27,060 nucleotides of DNA, from IMG/VR virus record IMGVR_UViG_2681813321_000031. One strand, given 5' to 3'. The notes beneath the pieces are model-generated. The model was given only the letters and a program-made list of their open reading frames with translations. It searched no databases and had not been told where the DNA came from. This document shows, one piece after another, positions 16,969 through 25,439 of the stretch. Position 1 is the stretch's first letter. Every line of letters starts with the position of its first letter. The DNA is from a virus (lineage: Duplodnaviria; Heunggongvirae; Uroviricota; Caudoviricetes). A program made the position numbers and the translations under genes.

Positions 16969-17472
16969 ATGATCAATAAAGCTACAACTCTTGACTGTCT
17001 CGAAGAACTGAAAAACCTCGGCAGCCTCATTACACTAATAGCAAAAGCAACACCTGATGCTACGCTCTCTAGCGATATAGAGTCATGCGCAGGACTGGCA
17101 TGGGATATGACAAATAGCATATCCAGAAAGCTATCGTCAGCAATGCTTTTACAGAACAAAAATTCTGCAATCAACAACCGTCTTCGCACCCAACGCGAAG
17201 CCTGCGGCTTAACAACCGCCGAACTCGCCAGGCTGCTCGATCTCGATGAAGAAATTATCATCCAGTGGGAGAGCGGAGAGTATGAACCAACTATCAGTAT
17301 GCTTATCCCACTGGCAAATATTCTTGGCTGCGATCCGATGTGCCTGTTAACTGGTGAGGTTACTCCTCCGGAGCAACCAAAAAGTGAGGAGCAGCAACAC
17401 CATGACGCATCTCAACAAGTTTGCCCCTTATCTCGCGAAGCTCTTCTGCGGAAGAACCAATACCAATGGTGA
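16969..17472 (+). CDS. XRE-family HTH protein at the N position (167 aa; HTH in the central region)
   Basis: ...NNRLRTQREACGLTTAELARLLDLDEEIIIQWESGEYEPTISMLIPLANILGCDPMCLLTG is a typical XRE HTH_3 domain; the 58-aa N-terminal extension is uncharacterised (alternative start at ATG 17143). Confidence 0.65.
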   Translation: MINKATTLDCLEELKNLGSLITLIAKATPDATLSSDIESCAGLAWDMTNSISRKLSSAMLLQNKNSAINNRLRTQREACGLTTAELARLLDLDEEIIIQWESGEYEPTISMLIPLANILGCDPMCLLTGEVTPPEQPKSEEQQHHDASQQVCPLSREALLRKNQYQW

Positions 17473-17600
17473 CATAATCGCCGCTTCGCCCTTCAAGGTA
17501 CATGCGAACATTTTTATCAATCATTGCGGAAACAGTCTCAATATGAAAACACTTCTGAGACTCGCTATATAGCAGAACATATAAGTCAGCTGAGGAAGCC

Positions 17601-17966
17601 ATGAAAAAGTTCGAAAACATAACTGTTCTCCATGTTGATGACTTTGATTATACAAACCCGGAACTTCTCCCGGAGGTTGTAAAGGCAATGGATGTTGCCG
17701 ATATAGTGATTAGAGAAAAGAGAATTGTCAAAAACAGGCTCGCATGCACTTCAGGAGCAATGACAGAAACAACCTCACAGCAAGATAATTACGAAGGCAT
17801 TTGTCTGGAGCCTGATTCATTTGCGGTAAATGTTTATCATTTATTGCATGCAACACAGGTATTACATATGTCCAGTAATCACGAAACGAAAACACTCGGC
17901 AGCGAAATTCTGAGTTTTGCATGTGAGTATACAAAAGCTGCTGCCGAAAAAGAATTAGCGCAATAA
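17601..17966 (+). CDS. hypothetical protein (121 aa)
   Basis: ORF with GAGGAAG Shine-Dalgarno 5 nt before the ATG; no family recognised. Confidence 0.55.
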   Translation: MKKFENITVLHVDDFDYTNPELLPEVVKAMDVADIVIREKRIVKNRLACTSGAMTETTSQQDNYEGICLEPDSFAVNVYHLLHATQVLHMSSNHETKTLGSEILSFACEYTKAAAEKELAQ

Positions 17967-18160
17967 CAACAAATATGCCCTGAACGTTTATTGCGGTTTT
18001 ATCGCCGGGGATTGTTACAACCTTAATCCACAGGAGGCTTTATTGTGACTTTTATAAAGAATATGGCATCACACAAGACCGCCTGCCTTATTGCACAATA
18101 CGGTGAAAATTACATGCATATTGCCTGCTTATTTCTGCGTAAAGCATACGGGAGATAATA

Positions 18161-18361
18161 ATGCATCAGAAAACAGCAGAACACGAACAAACCAGAATAT
18201 TGCTGACCATCAAAAACGGGAAAGTAATATTCATTCGCCATGTTCATGACGATGAACTTGTAGGAACTCTTTCAACATTCCTGTTTATTGCAGAAAAGGC
18301 AGGATATGACGTTATTGCACCAGCAGATGAAGATGAAGATGAAGATGAAGATGAGGAATAA
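18161..18361 (+). CDS. hypothetical small protein with poly-acidic C-terminal tail (DEDEDEDEDEE)
   Basis: 66-aa ORF with GGGAGATAATAATG start context; tail encoded by the hexanucleotide repeat (GATGAA)4-GATGAG at 18328-18357. Confidence 0.5.
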   Translation: MHQKTAEHEQTRILLTIKNGKVIFIRHVHDDELVGTLSTFLFIAEKAGYDVIAPADEDEDEDEDEE

Positions 18362-18366
18362 ATATC

Positions 18367-18948
18367 ATGCAATACGATGAATTCCAGGCTGAAGCAACAG
18401 CCAATGGTATACGAACTGGCAGTATGACGATTGATTATCACGACGCCATACGTCGTCTGGATGCCGGAGAATTCGATACTCCTAATGTGCGAGGTTTACG
18501 TATCCTTCAGTGTCTGGCGCAAGCCGACGAAGCAGGATTACTGGGTAAACTTCCGGTTGAGATGAAGGTTGCTCAGTGGCGATGGTTGTATGTGACGACA
18601 TTCATCAACGAAGAAGAAGACAAGAACGGCACAATTGATATCCTGAATGAACACGGAACAACTGAACACGCCGTGGTATATAACGGGATGTATGGGTTTA
18701 TGACGATATATCCCGGCCCCATTCGATTTGCCTTACAACAGTATATTGAATGGAATTTAATTCAAAAATACGGCGAAGCTGAAGGAATGGGAAGAGCGCT
18801 GTTTCTTTATCAGAAAATGCTCACTACTTCCCCTGATAAAGGTTTCATTCTTTCAGATATGGGTCGAGAAGGGCTTGAAATCCTTCTGGATGAAATTATT
18901 AACGAAATGAATACTCATGGCATGCAATCCGAAACAGATATTAAGTAA
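18367..18948 (+). CDS. hypothetical protein (193 aa)
   Basis: ORF starting 6 nt after the previous stop; no family recognised. Confidence 0.6.
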   Translation: MQYDEFQAEATANGIRTGSMTIDYHDAIRRLDAGEFDTPNVRGLRILQCLAQADEAGLLGKLPVEMKVAQWRWLYVTTFINEEEDKNGTIDILNEHGTTEHAVVYNGMYGFMTIYPGPIRFALQQYIEWNLIQKYGEAEGMGRALFLYQKMLTTSPDKGFILSDMGREGLEILLDEIINEMNTHGMQSETDIK

Positions 18949-18958
18949 AAGGGACCAC

Positions 18959-19207
18959 ATGACCGTTATCGAGTATATCCAGGAAAATCCAGATTGCAGT
19001 AGAGAAGATATATCCCTCGCACTTGGAAGAAGCGCAACTTCTATCAGTAATGAATTATCACGGTTATTGTGGAATGGGTTAATAGTACGAACTGGAGAAA
19101 AAAACAAAATGATTCTGTACTGCGTAAACAATCTGCCGTTTGGATACAGCAATCCCCTAAGTGTTATGTTCAACCAGTTACTTAAACAGGTAAGAAATGG
19201 CAACTGA
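18959..19207 (+). CDS. hypothetical protein, possible winged-helix (82 aa from ATG 18959)
   Basis: Track ORF 18917..19207; the internal ATG at 18959 follows the upstream stop and AAGGG; ...REDISLALGRSATSISNELSRLLWNGLIV is HTH-like. Confidence 0.45.
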   Translation: MTVIEYIQENPDCSREDISLALGRSATSISNELSRLLWNGLIVRTGEKNKMILYCVNNLPFGYSNPLSVMFNQLLKQVRNGN

Positions 19208-19514
19208 CTCACAACTAACCATAGAAACGGCCCTGAATGTCGGCCTGGCGCTCCTTGGTTATTTTTACATCGTGTTCTGCAGCGGACGGTGGCTGTCGCT
19301 GTTGTTCCTGAAAAAATGGAATAAACGCCGTAAGCAGGATGAACGCCAGAAGGCAATGAATGCGTTTTCCGAAGCCTTCGGAATTGACGGCATGGAACCA
19401 GGGGATCCAGCTCGCGCAATCAGCAGAGGGGGTGTAGTAATCCTTGTATATCGGAGTGAAGAGAAAAATGACGATCACAAAACAACGAGTAGAAAAAATC
19501 ATATATCGCCATGA
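19197..19514 (+). CDS. hypothetical protein with N-terminal hydrophobic segment (105 aa)
   Basis: ALNVGLALLGYFYIVFCSGRWLSLLFL is a likely transmembrane helix; overlaps neighbours on both sides, so the extent is uncertain. Confidence 0.4.
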   Translation: MATDSQLTIETALNVGLALLGYFYIVFCSGRWLSLLFLKKWNKRRKQDERQKAMNAFSEAFGIDGMEPGDPARAISRGGVVILVYRSEEKNDDHKTTSRKNHISP

Positions 19515-19782
19515 AATGGGACTGAACAGCGATGTCACTGCCGAAGAGGTTTATGACCTGGCTGTACTGGCGCTGAATTTATCAAATATCGCAAACCTGA
19601 AGCGATACGAGCTTGATATGGATGGTTGCGACTCGTGCGGTCAGGATTGTGGCGCAGATATGACTGAAGATCCTGATGGTGATTATGTCCTGTTTGATGA
19701 CGTGGTTAAGTTGTTTGAATTTGATACAACCACTCAAAAGTTAGAAATCCCGGCAAAGGAGGCTGCCAGTGAGCAAGATTGA
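19468..19782 (+). CDS. hypothetical acidic protein (104 aa from ATG 19468)
   Basis: Track ORF 19444..19782 starts at TTG; the ATG at 19468 has GGAG upstream. Confidence 0.45.
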   Translation: MTITKQRVEKIIYRHEMGLNSDVTAEEVYDLAVLALNLSNIANLKRYELDMDGCDSCGQDCGADMTEDPDGDYVLFDDVVKLFEFDTTTQKLEIPAKEAASEQD

Positions 19783-19954
19783 CTATCAGGCACTGCGCGA
19801 GGCGGCGGAACAGGCAACGCAAGATGAATGGGTAGCATATATTTTGCCGGGTCATAACGGCATTTATCCTGCGCGCACGTCTGAGGGTAGGCATTGTGCG
19901 GATACTTTATTGACTGGCCTGGCGTCTGTCAGGGGCGGGAGAGCATCAACATGA
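19769..19954 (+). CDS. Ea22-like N-terminal family small protein (61 aa)
   Basis: N-terminus SKIDYQALREAAEQA parallels SEINYQALREVAERA of 20454..20939; same architecture AAGGAGG-6 nt-GTGAGC overlapping the upstream stop. Confidence 0.45.
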   Translation: MSKIDYQALREAAEQATQDEWVAYILPGHNGIYPARTSEGRHCADTLLTGLASVRGGRAST

Positions 19955-20457
19955 GCATCAGAACCTACGCAGTGAATTGCAATGACGCATGGCTAAACAC
20001 CGAAGGTGATGACATCTCCGGCTCATACGTTAAGTACAAAGACCATCAGGAAGTGGTTGCCGCTCTTGAGGCCAAGTGCGCGGCGCTGGCAGCGGAGAAT
20101 GCGGGAATAAAGTCTGCAATTCCAGAATCACGGGATATTGAAGATGACAATGACAATATGGATGACGTATCTCTCGCGGAAGACTTCGGGTTCAATCATG
20201 CAATAGAACGGATGAGGAGACAGATACCTGAAACGCCAACCACTGATGCTTTCCTGGCTGAAGTCCGGGCGCAGGGGGTGGATGCTGCTATAGAAGCTGC
20301 AAAAAATCTGGTGGCCCAAGAATATGAGTATAAGGATTTCAAAGCGGCGCAGAGTGATTGCTGTATGTACCCTGGTTCAGACCTGGTAGGGAAGGTTGAA
20401 ATGACTGAGTGGTTAGTTGACTTTGCTGCCCAGCTTCGCAAAGGAGGCAACCAGTGA
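19951..20457 (+). CDS. hypothetical acidic protein (168 aa from ATG 19951)
   Basis: ATGA overlap with the stop of 19769..19954; track ORF 19894..20457 starts at TTG. Confidence 0.5.
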   Translation: MSIRTYAVNCNDAWLNTEGDDISGSYVKYKDHQEVVAALEAKCAALAAENAGIKSAIPESRDIEDDNDNMDDVSLAEDFGFNHAIERMRRQIPETPTTDAFLAEVRAQGVDAAIEAAKNLVAQEYEYKDFKAAQSDCCMYPGSDLVGKVEMTEWLVDFAAQLRKGGNQ

Positions 20458-20939
20458 GCGAAATTAATTACCAGGCACTGCGTGAGGTGGCGGAACGTGC
20501 AATTCCAGCAATGGAACGCCTGTTAATGTTGCCAGCTGATGATGACTTGTTAAGTGAACAGGAACTTAAAGATTACGGTGTGGATATTGATGCGCTCAAC
20601 GCCTTCAAATTTCTGACCGGACCAGAAACCGTGCTGGCACTGCTGGATGAACGGGAAAGAAACCTGCAATACATCAAAAGCCGCGATCAGGAGAACGAGG
20701 ATATTGCGCTAACGGTAGGGAAGCTGCGCGTTGAGCTTGAAGCAGAAAAACAGCGGGCAAAAGTTCTATTTATGGAAAATGCTCGGCTTAAGTCAGGCAT
20801 AGCCGGTCTGATACACCTCGGTATTCGATATGCAGATGTTGAGGTCATGAAAATTGCTGGAGATGCCCAGCTTTCTACCCCATGCACTGACAGCATCATA
20901 AACAGCATTGCAACAGGCATTCGCATCAAAGGAGAGTGA
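20454..20939 (+). CDS. Ea22-like family protein (161 aa)
   Basis: Conserved N-terminal SEINYQALREVAERA motif typical of lambdoid ead/Ea22-like proteins; coiled-coil middle; AAGGAGG Shine-Dalgarno; GTG start overlapping the upstream stop. Confidence 0.65.
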   Translation: MSEINYQALREVAERAIPAMERLLMLPADDDLLSEQELKDYGVDIDALNAFKFLTGPETVLALLDERERNLQYIKSRDQENEDIALTVGKLRVELEAEKQRAKVLFMENARLKSGIAGLIHLGIRYADVEVMKIAGDAQLSTPCTDSIINSIATGIRIKGE

Positions 20940-20940
20940 T

Positions 20941-21456
20941 ATGGCGTTAACACACCACGAACTCTGTCAGATTGCGTACAAGTTCCTTAAGCGCAACGGG
21001 TTCAAGGTTTGCTTTCATGACCGCTTTGTTGCTGTAACCAGTACCGGAGAACAGCCAGATGCTATGGGATTCAGAAATTCAGCATCATGCCTGATAGAGG
21101 CGAAGTGTTCTCGTGCTGACTTGTTGGCAGATAGAAAAAAGCGTTTCCGTAAAAATCCCTCACTTGGCATGGGCGACTGGCGATTCTTTATTAGTGAGCC
21201 GGAAATTATTTCAGTTGAGGATTTACCTCCCGGCTGGGGATTACTTCACGTTGTTAACGGAAGAGTACGGAAAGTACATGGATGGCCCAGGGGTAATTGC
21301 TGTTGGGGTAATCCTGACGATAAGCCATTTACTGGGAATAAGCAGGTTGAATGCGATTACATGTTATCTGCATTAAGGCGCATGGAGTTGAGAGGGCACC
21401 TTAATGAAATATATGACGGTGTGATTGTTAATAAGAAAGAAGGAAACGCGGCATGA
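20941..21456 (+). CDS. hypothetical protein with PD-(D/E)xK-like nuclease motif (171 aa)
   Basis: ATG at 20941 preceded by AAAGGAGAG; ...DAMGF...CLIEAKCS... fits the D...(D/E)xK signature. The 3' end of this gene is where the 2.87-kb repeat begins. Confidence 0.5.
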   Translation: MALTHHELCQIAYKFLKRNGFKVCFHDRFVAVTSTGEQPDAMGFRNSASCLIEAKCSRADLLADRKKRFRKNPSLGMGDWRFFISEPEIISVEDLPPGWGLLHVVNGRVRKVHGWPRGNCCWGNPDDKPFTGNKQVECDYMLSALRRMELRGHLNEIYDGVIVNKKEGNAA

Positions 21457-22211
21457 TCACTATTACCAAAGGGCGACTGCTGACAATCAAGCAGTGGCGC
21501 GAAACATACGGACCGGGTAGCAACGTTGTACTGCCAGCAGAAGAAGCGGAAGAACTGGCACGAATTGCACTGGTATCGCTGGAAGCAGAGCCGGTGGCAA
21601 AGATTATAGCTCATTACCCATTAGGAGTTGACGTAGGCAAACAAAAGTTCGTACAGGCCATTGGAGAGCTTCCTGACTTTGGCGGATATCTATTTGCCGC
21701 CCCGCCAGCGCCGGTAGTGCCGGAAGAAGCAACTCCGGAAAACGTAGAAATGCTCTCTGGCTATGTTTCCACGTACAAATTAACCGATAGCGAGCGCGAT
21801 ATTGCTGCCGAAATATGGAACGCCTGCCGCACCGCCATGCTTCAGTCCGGAAACTTTCGGGAAAGCAAGAATTCGTCAACCAATAATTTTCGGGAAATCC
21901 CGGAAGCGTCAACCAGCTCTCCGGTAACTCCGGCTCTTCTGCCTGGTGGTTTCACCATTGAGGAGGCGAAGGAATTACATGAAGACCTGGTACGCAGCCA
22001 CATAAGCAAGGCCTTAAGTGGCGAAAAGATGAAAAAGAAAGATCGCGATGCTGATTTGCGCTGGATTCATGGCGTTATAGTTCAGGCAGCGTGGTTTGTA
22101 AAAGCATCACTGGAGCAGAATGCACTATCGGGCAACTCTCCGGTAACTCCGGATGGTTGGATAAGCTGTAGTGAGCGAATGCCGGACGACAGGCAGGAGG
22201 TGAATCAATGA
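21453..22211 (+). CDS. DUF551-like prophage protein (252 aa)
   Basis: C-terminal PDGWISCSERMPD resembles the DUF551 signature; ATGA coupling with the upstream gene. Confidence 0.6.
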   Translation: MITITKGRLLTIKQWRETYGPGSNVVLPAEEAEELARIALVSLEAEPVAKIIAHYPLGVDVGKQKFVQAIGELPDFGGYLFAAPPAPVVPEEATPENVEMLSGYVSTYKLTDSERDIAAEIWNACRTAMLQSGNFRESKNSSTNNFREIPEASTSSPVTPALLPGGFTIEEAKELHEDLVRSHISKALSGEKMKKKDRDADLRWIHGVIVQAAWFVKASLEQNALSGNSPVTPDGWISCSERMPDDRQEVNQ

Positions 22212-22291
22212 GCTGGCCTGATGCAATCGTAACTCTGGGGGTGGTATTCGCAGCAGCGTTTGTTGTGTTCTCGATTTGTCGATGGGGATAA
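22208..22291 (+). CDS. candidate 27-aa hydrophobic micropeptide
   Basis: MSWPDAIVTLGVVFAAAFVVFSICRWG; ATG overlaps the DUF551 stop (ATGA). Too short for the ORF track. Confidence 0.3.
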   Translation: MSWPDAIVTLGVVFAAAFVVFSICRWG

Positions 22292-22295
22292 CCAC

Positions 22296-22538
22296 ATGTT
22301 CGCTTTGATTCAACGCGGTCAGATATACACGGACAGAGCTGGATACCCCGTGGTGATTACTCGCATCACTGAGCACTCAGTGTTCTTTCGACGGATGGAC
22401 GGACGATCCGGGCGGGTACGCATTGGTGAGTTAAACTGCCTGTTCGAACATATTGACCACCAGGAGTACCGCAAAATTCTCGCGGACACTGAGCAGGAAA
22501 AGCACCTGAAAAAATTACGAGCCATAAAAAGGAAGTAA
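22296..22538 (+). CDS. hypothetical protein (80 aa from ATG 22296)
   Basis: Track ORF 22260..22538 starts at TTG; ATG at 22296. Confidence 0.45.
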   Translation: MFALIQRGQIYTDRAGYPVVITRITEHSVFFRRMDGRSGRVRIGELNCLFEHIDHQEYRKILADTEQEKHLKKLRAIKRK

Positions 22539-22550
22539 AGAATGAATAAA

Positions 22551-22571
22551 NNNNNNNNNNNNNNNNNNNNN
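22551..22571. other. assembly gap (21 N)
   Basis: Run of n; an ATG (22542) with AAGGAAG Shine-Dalgarno opens an ORF that runs straight into the gap. Confidence 1.
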
Positions 22572-23623
22572 GGGGACGCTGGGTGATTGAAGGCGACCTG
22601 TCCAGTTACTTCGACACCGTACATCATCGACTGCTGATGAAGGCTGTACGCCGCAGGATCAGTGACGCACGTTTCATGACTCTGCTGTGGAAAACCATCA
22701 AGGCGGGACATATCGATGTCGGTCTCTTTCGGGCGGCCAGTGAAGGTGTGCCACAGGGCGGTGTTATATCGCCGCTATTATCGAACATCATGCTGAATGA
22801 GTTCGATCAATACCTGCATGAGCGCTACCTGAGCGGGAAAGCCAGAAAAGATCGGTGGTACTGGAATAACAGTATCCAACGGGGCCGAAGTACGGCGGTC
22901 AGAGAAAACTGGCAGTGGAAACCCGCGGTGGCGTACTGCCGCTATGCCGATGATTTTGTCCTCATCGTCAAAGGCACCAAAGCACAGGCGGAAGCCATCA
23001 GGGAGGAGTGTCGGGGTGTGCTCGAAGGCAGTCTGAAACTCAGGCTGAACATGGATAAGACTAAAATCACCCATGTTAATGACGGCTTTATCTTTCTGGG
23101 GCACAGGATCATTCGCAAACGCAGTCGTTATGGCGAGATGCGAGTGGTCTCAACGATCCCGCAGGAGAAAGCCAGAAACTTCGCCGCATCGCTGACAGCA
23201 CTGTTATCAGGCAACTACAGTGAAAGCAAAGTCGATATGGCTGAACAACTCAACCGAAAACTGAAAGGCTGGGCCATGTTCTATCAGTTCGTTGATTTTA
23301 AGGCCAAAGTCTTCAGTTATATCGACCGTGTCGTGTTCTGGAAGCTGGCTCACTGGCTGGCCCGCAAATACCGTACAGGTATCGCTTCCCTGATGAGGTG
23401 GTGGTGTAAATCACCGAAACCGGGTCAGAGCAAAACGTGGGTTTTATTTGGTAAAACCAATCACGGCAAGCTCAGCGGCGAAATACTGTACCGGTTGGTG
23501 GGGCAAGGCAAGAAGCTGTTCCGCTGGCGGCTACCCGAAGGTAATCCCTATCTGAGGACGGAGACCAGAAACACGTATACATCGCGCTTTACAGAAGTGG
23601 CAATGGCGTTCGCCAGCATTTAA
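22572..23623 (+). CDS. group II intron-encoded reverse transcriptase/maturase, 5'-truncated by the gap, no endonuclease domain
   Basis: GRWVIEGDLSSYFDTVHH, VPQGGVISPLLSNIMLNEFD and YCRYADDFVLIV parallel the RT motifs of Ll.LtrB LtrA; LKGWAMFYQF is maturase-domain-X-like. Frame is open upstream into the N-run. Confidence 0.85.
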
Positions 23624-23628
23624 ATGGA

Positions 23629-23662
23629 GAGCCGGATGCGCTGAAAGGTGCACGTCCGGTTC
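23629..23662 (+). ncRNA. group II intron domain V (catalytic hairpin)
   Basis: GAGCCGGATGCGCTGAAAGGTGCACGTCCGGTTC: 34 nt, AGC triad, GAAA tetraloop, 2-nt bulge; near-identical in architecture to the Ll.LtrB domain V as recalled. Followed by a domain VI-like hairpin with a bulged A (~23663-23711). Confidence 0.85.
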
Positions 23663-23685
23663 GGGGAGGAGAGGCAGGGAAATAG

Positions 23686-24200
<515 letters not shown>

Positions 24201-24324
24201 TGGGAATAAGCAGGTTGAATGCGATTACATGTTATCTGCATTAAGGCGCATGGAGTTGAGAGGGCACCTTAATGAAATATATGACGGTGTGATTGTTAAT
24301 AAGAAAGAAGGAAACGCGGCATGA
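24201..24324 (+). pseudogene. 3' fragment of the PD-(D/E)xK-like gene (duplicate of 21333..21456)
   Basis: Begins abruptly at the IS right end; lacks a start codon. Confidence 0.6.
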
Positions 24325-25079
24325 TCACTATTACCAAAGGGCGACTGCTGACAATCAAGCAGTGGCGCGAAACATACGGACCGGGTAGCAACGTTGTACT
24401 GCCAGCAGAAGAAGCGGAAGAACTGGCACGAATTGCACTGGTATCGCTGGAAGCAGAGCCGGTGGCAAAGATTATAGCTCATTACCCATTAGGAGTTGAC
24501 GTAGGCAAACAAAAGTTCGTACAGGCCATTGGAGAGCTTCCTGACTTTGGCGGATATCTATTTGCCGCCCCGCCAGCGCCGGTAGTGCCGGAAGAAGCAA
24601 CTCCGGAAAACGTAGAAATGCTCTCTGGCTATGTTTCCACGTACAAATTAACCGATAGCGAGCGCGATATTGCTGCCGAAATATGGAACGCCTGCCGCAC
24701 CGCCATGCTTCAGTCCGGAAACTTTCGGGAAAGCAAGAATTCGTCAACCAATAATTTTCGGGAAATCCCGGAAGCGTCAACCAGCTCTCCGGTAACTCCG
24801 GCTCTTCTGCCTGGTGGTTTCACCATTGAGGAGGCGAAGGAATTACATGAAGACCTGGTACGCAGCCACATAAGCAAGGCCTTAAGTGGCGAAAAGATGA
24901 AAAAGAAAGATCGCGATGCTGATTTGCGCTGGATTCATGGCGTTATAGTTCAGGCAGCGTGGTTTGTAAAAGCATCACTGGAGCAGAATGCACTATCGGG
25001 CAACTCTCCGGTAACTCCGGATGGTTGGATAAGCTGTAGTGAGCGAATGCCGGACGACAGGCAGGAGGTGAATCAATGA
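24321..25079 (+). CDS. DUF551-like protein, copy B
   Basis: Identical to 21453..22211. Confidence 0.6.
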   Translation: MITITKGRLLTIKQWRETYGPGSNVVLPAEEAEELARIALVSLEAEPVAKIIAHYPLGVDVGKQKFVQAIGELPDFGGYLFAAPPAPVVPEEATPENVEMLSGYVSTYKLTDSERDIAAEIWNACRTAMLQSGNFRESKNSSTNNFREIPEASTSSPVTPALLPGGFTIEEAKELHEDLVRSHISKALSGEKMKKKDRDADLRWIHGVIVQAAWFVKASLEQNALSGNSPVTPDGWISCSERMPDDRQEVNQ

Positions 25080-25159
25080 GCTGGCCTGATGCAATCGTAA
25101 CTCTGGGGGTGGTATTCGCAGCAGCGTTTGTTGTGTTCTCGATTTGTCGATGGGGATAA
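25076..25159 (+). CDS. candidate 27-aa hydrophobic micropeptide, copy B
   Basis: Identical to 22208..22291. Confidence 0.3.
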   Translation: MSWPDAIVTLGVVFAAAFVVFSICRWG

Positions 25160-25163
25160 CCAC

Positions 25164-25406
25164 ATGTTCGCTTTGATTCAACGCGGTCAGATATACACGG
25201 ACAGAGCTGGATACCCCGTGGTGATTACTCGCATCACTGAGCACTCAGTGTTCTTTCGACGGATGGACGGACGATCCGGGCGGGTACGCATTGGTGAGTT
25301 AAACTGCCTGTTCGAACATATTGACCACCAGGAGTACCGCAAAATTCTCGCGGACACTGAGCAGGAAAAGCACCTGAAAAAATTACGAGCCATAAAAAGG
25401 AAGTAA
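25164..25406 (+). CDS. hypothetical protein (80 aa), copy B
   Basis: Identical to 22296..22538. Confidence 0.45.
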   Translation: MFALIQRGQIYTDRAGYPVVITRITEHSVFFRRMDGRSGRVRIGELNCLFEHIDHQEYRKILADTEQEKHLKKLRAIKRK

Positions 25407-25418
25407 AGAATGAATAAA

Positions 25419-25439
25419 NNNNNNNNNNNNNNNNNNNNN
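25419..25439. other. assembly gap (21 N), copy B
   Basis: Run of n identical in length and position to 22551..22571. Confidence 1.

Larger units (their letters stand above)
9751..17307. repeat. tandem repeat unit B (7557 bp)
   Basis: Second copy; junction microhomology ccactggcaaa at 2200-2210, 9751-9761 and 17308-17318. Confidence 0.95.

Noticed and set aside
17360-17620. 86-aa minus-strand ORF overlapping the 3' end of the HTH gene and the start of the 121-aa gene
   Set aside because: It overlaps two better-supported plus-strand genes and lacks a convincing ribosome-binding site; cannot be excluded but not supported.
22572-23623. RT as a retron, DGR or stand-alone defence-associated reverse transcriptase
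   Set aside because: A canonical group II intron domain V follows the ORF within 6 nt, the RT has YADD plus a maturase-X-like region, and no msr/msd-like inverted repeats or DGR template/variable repeat pair were seen.
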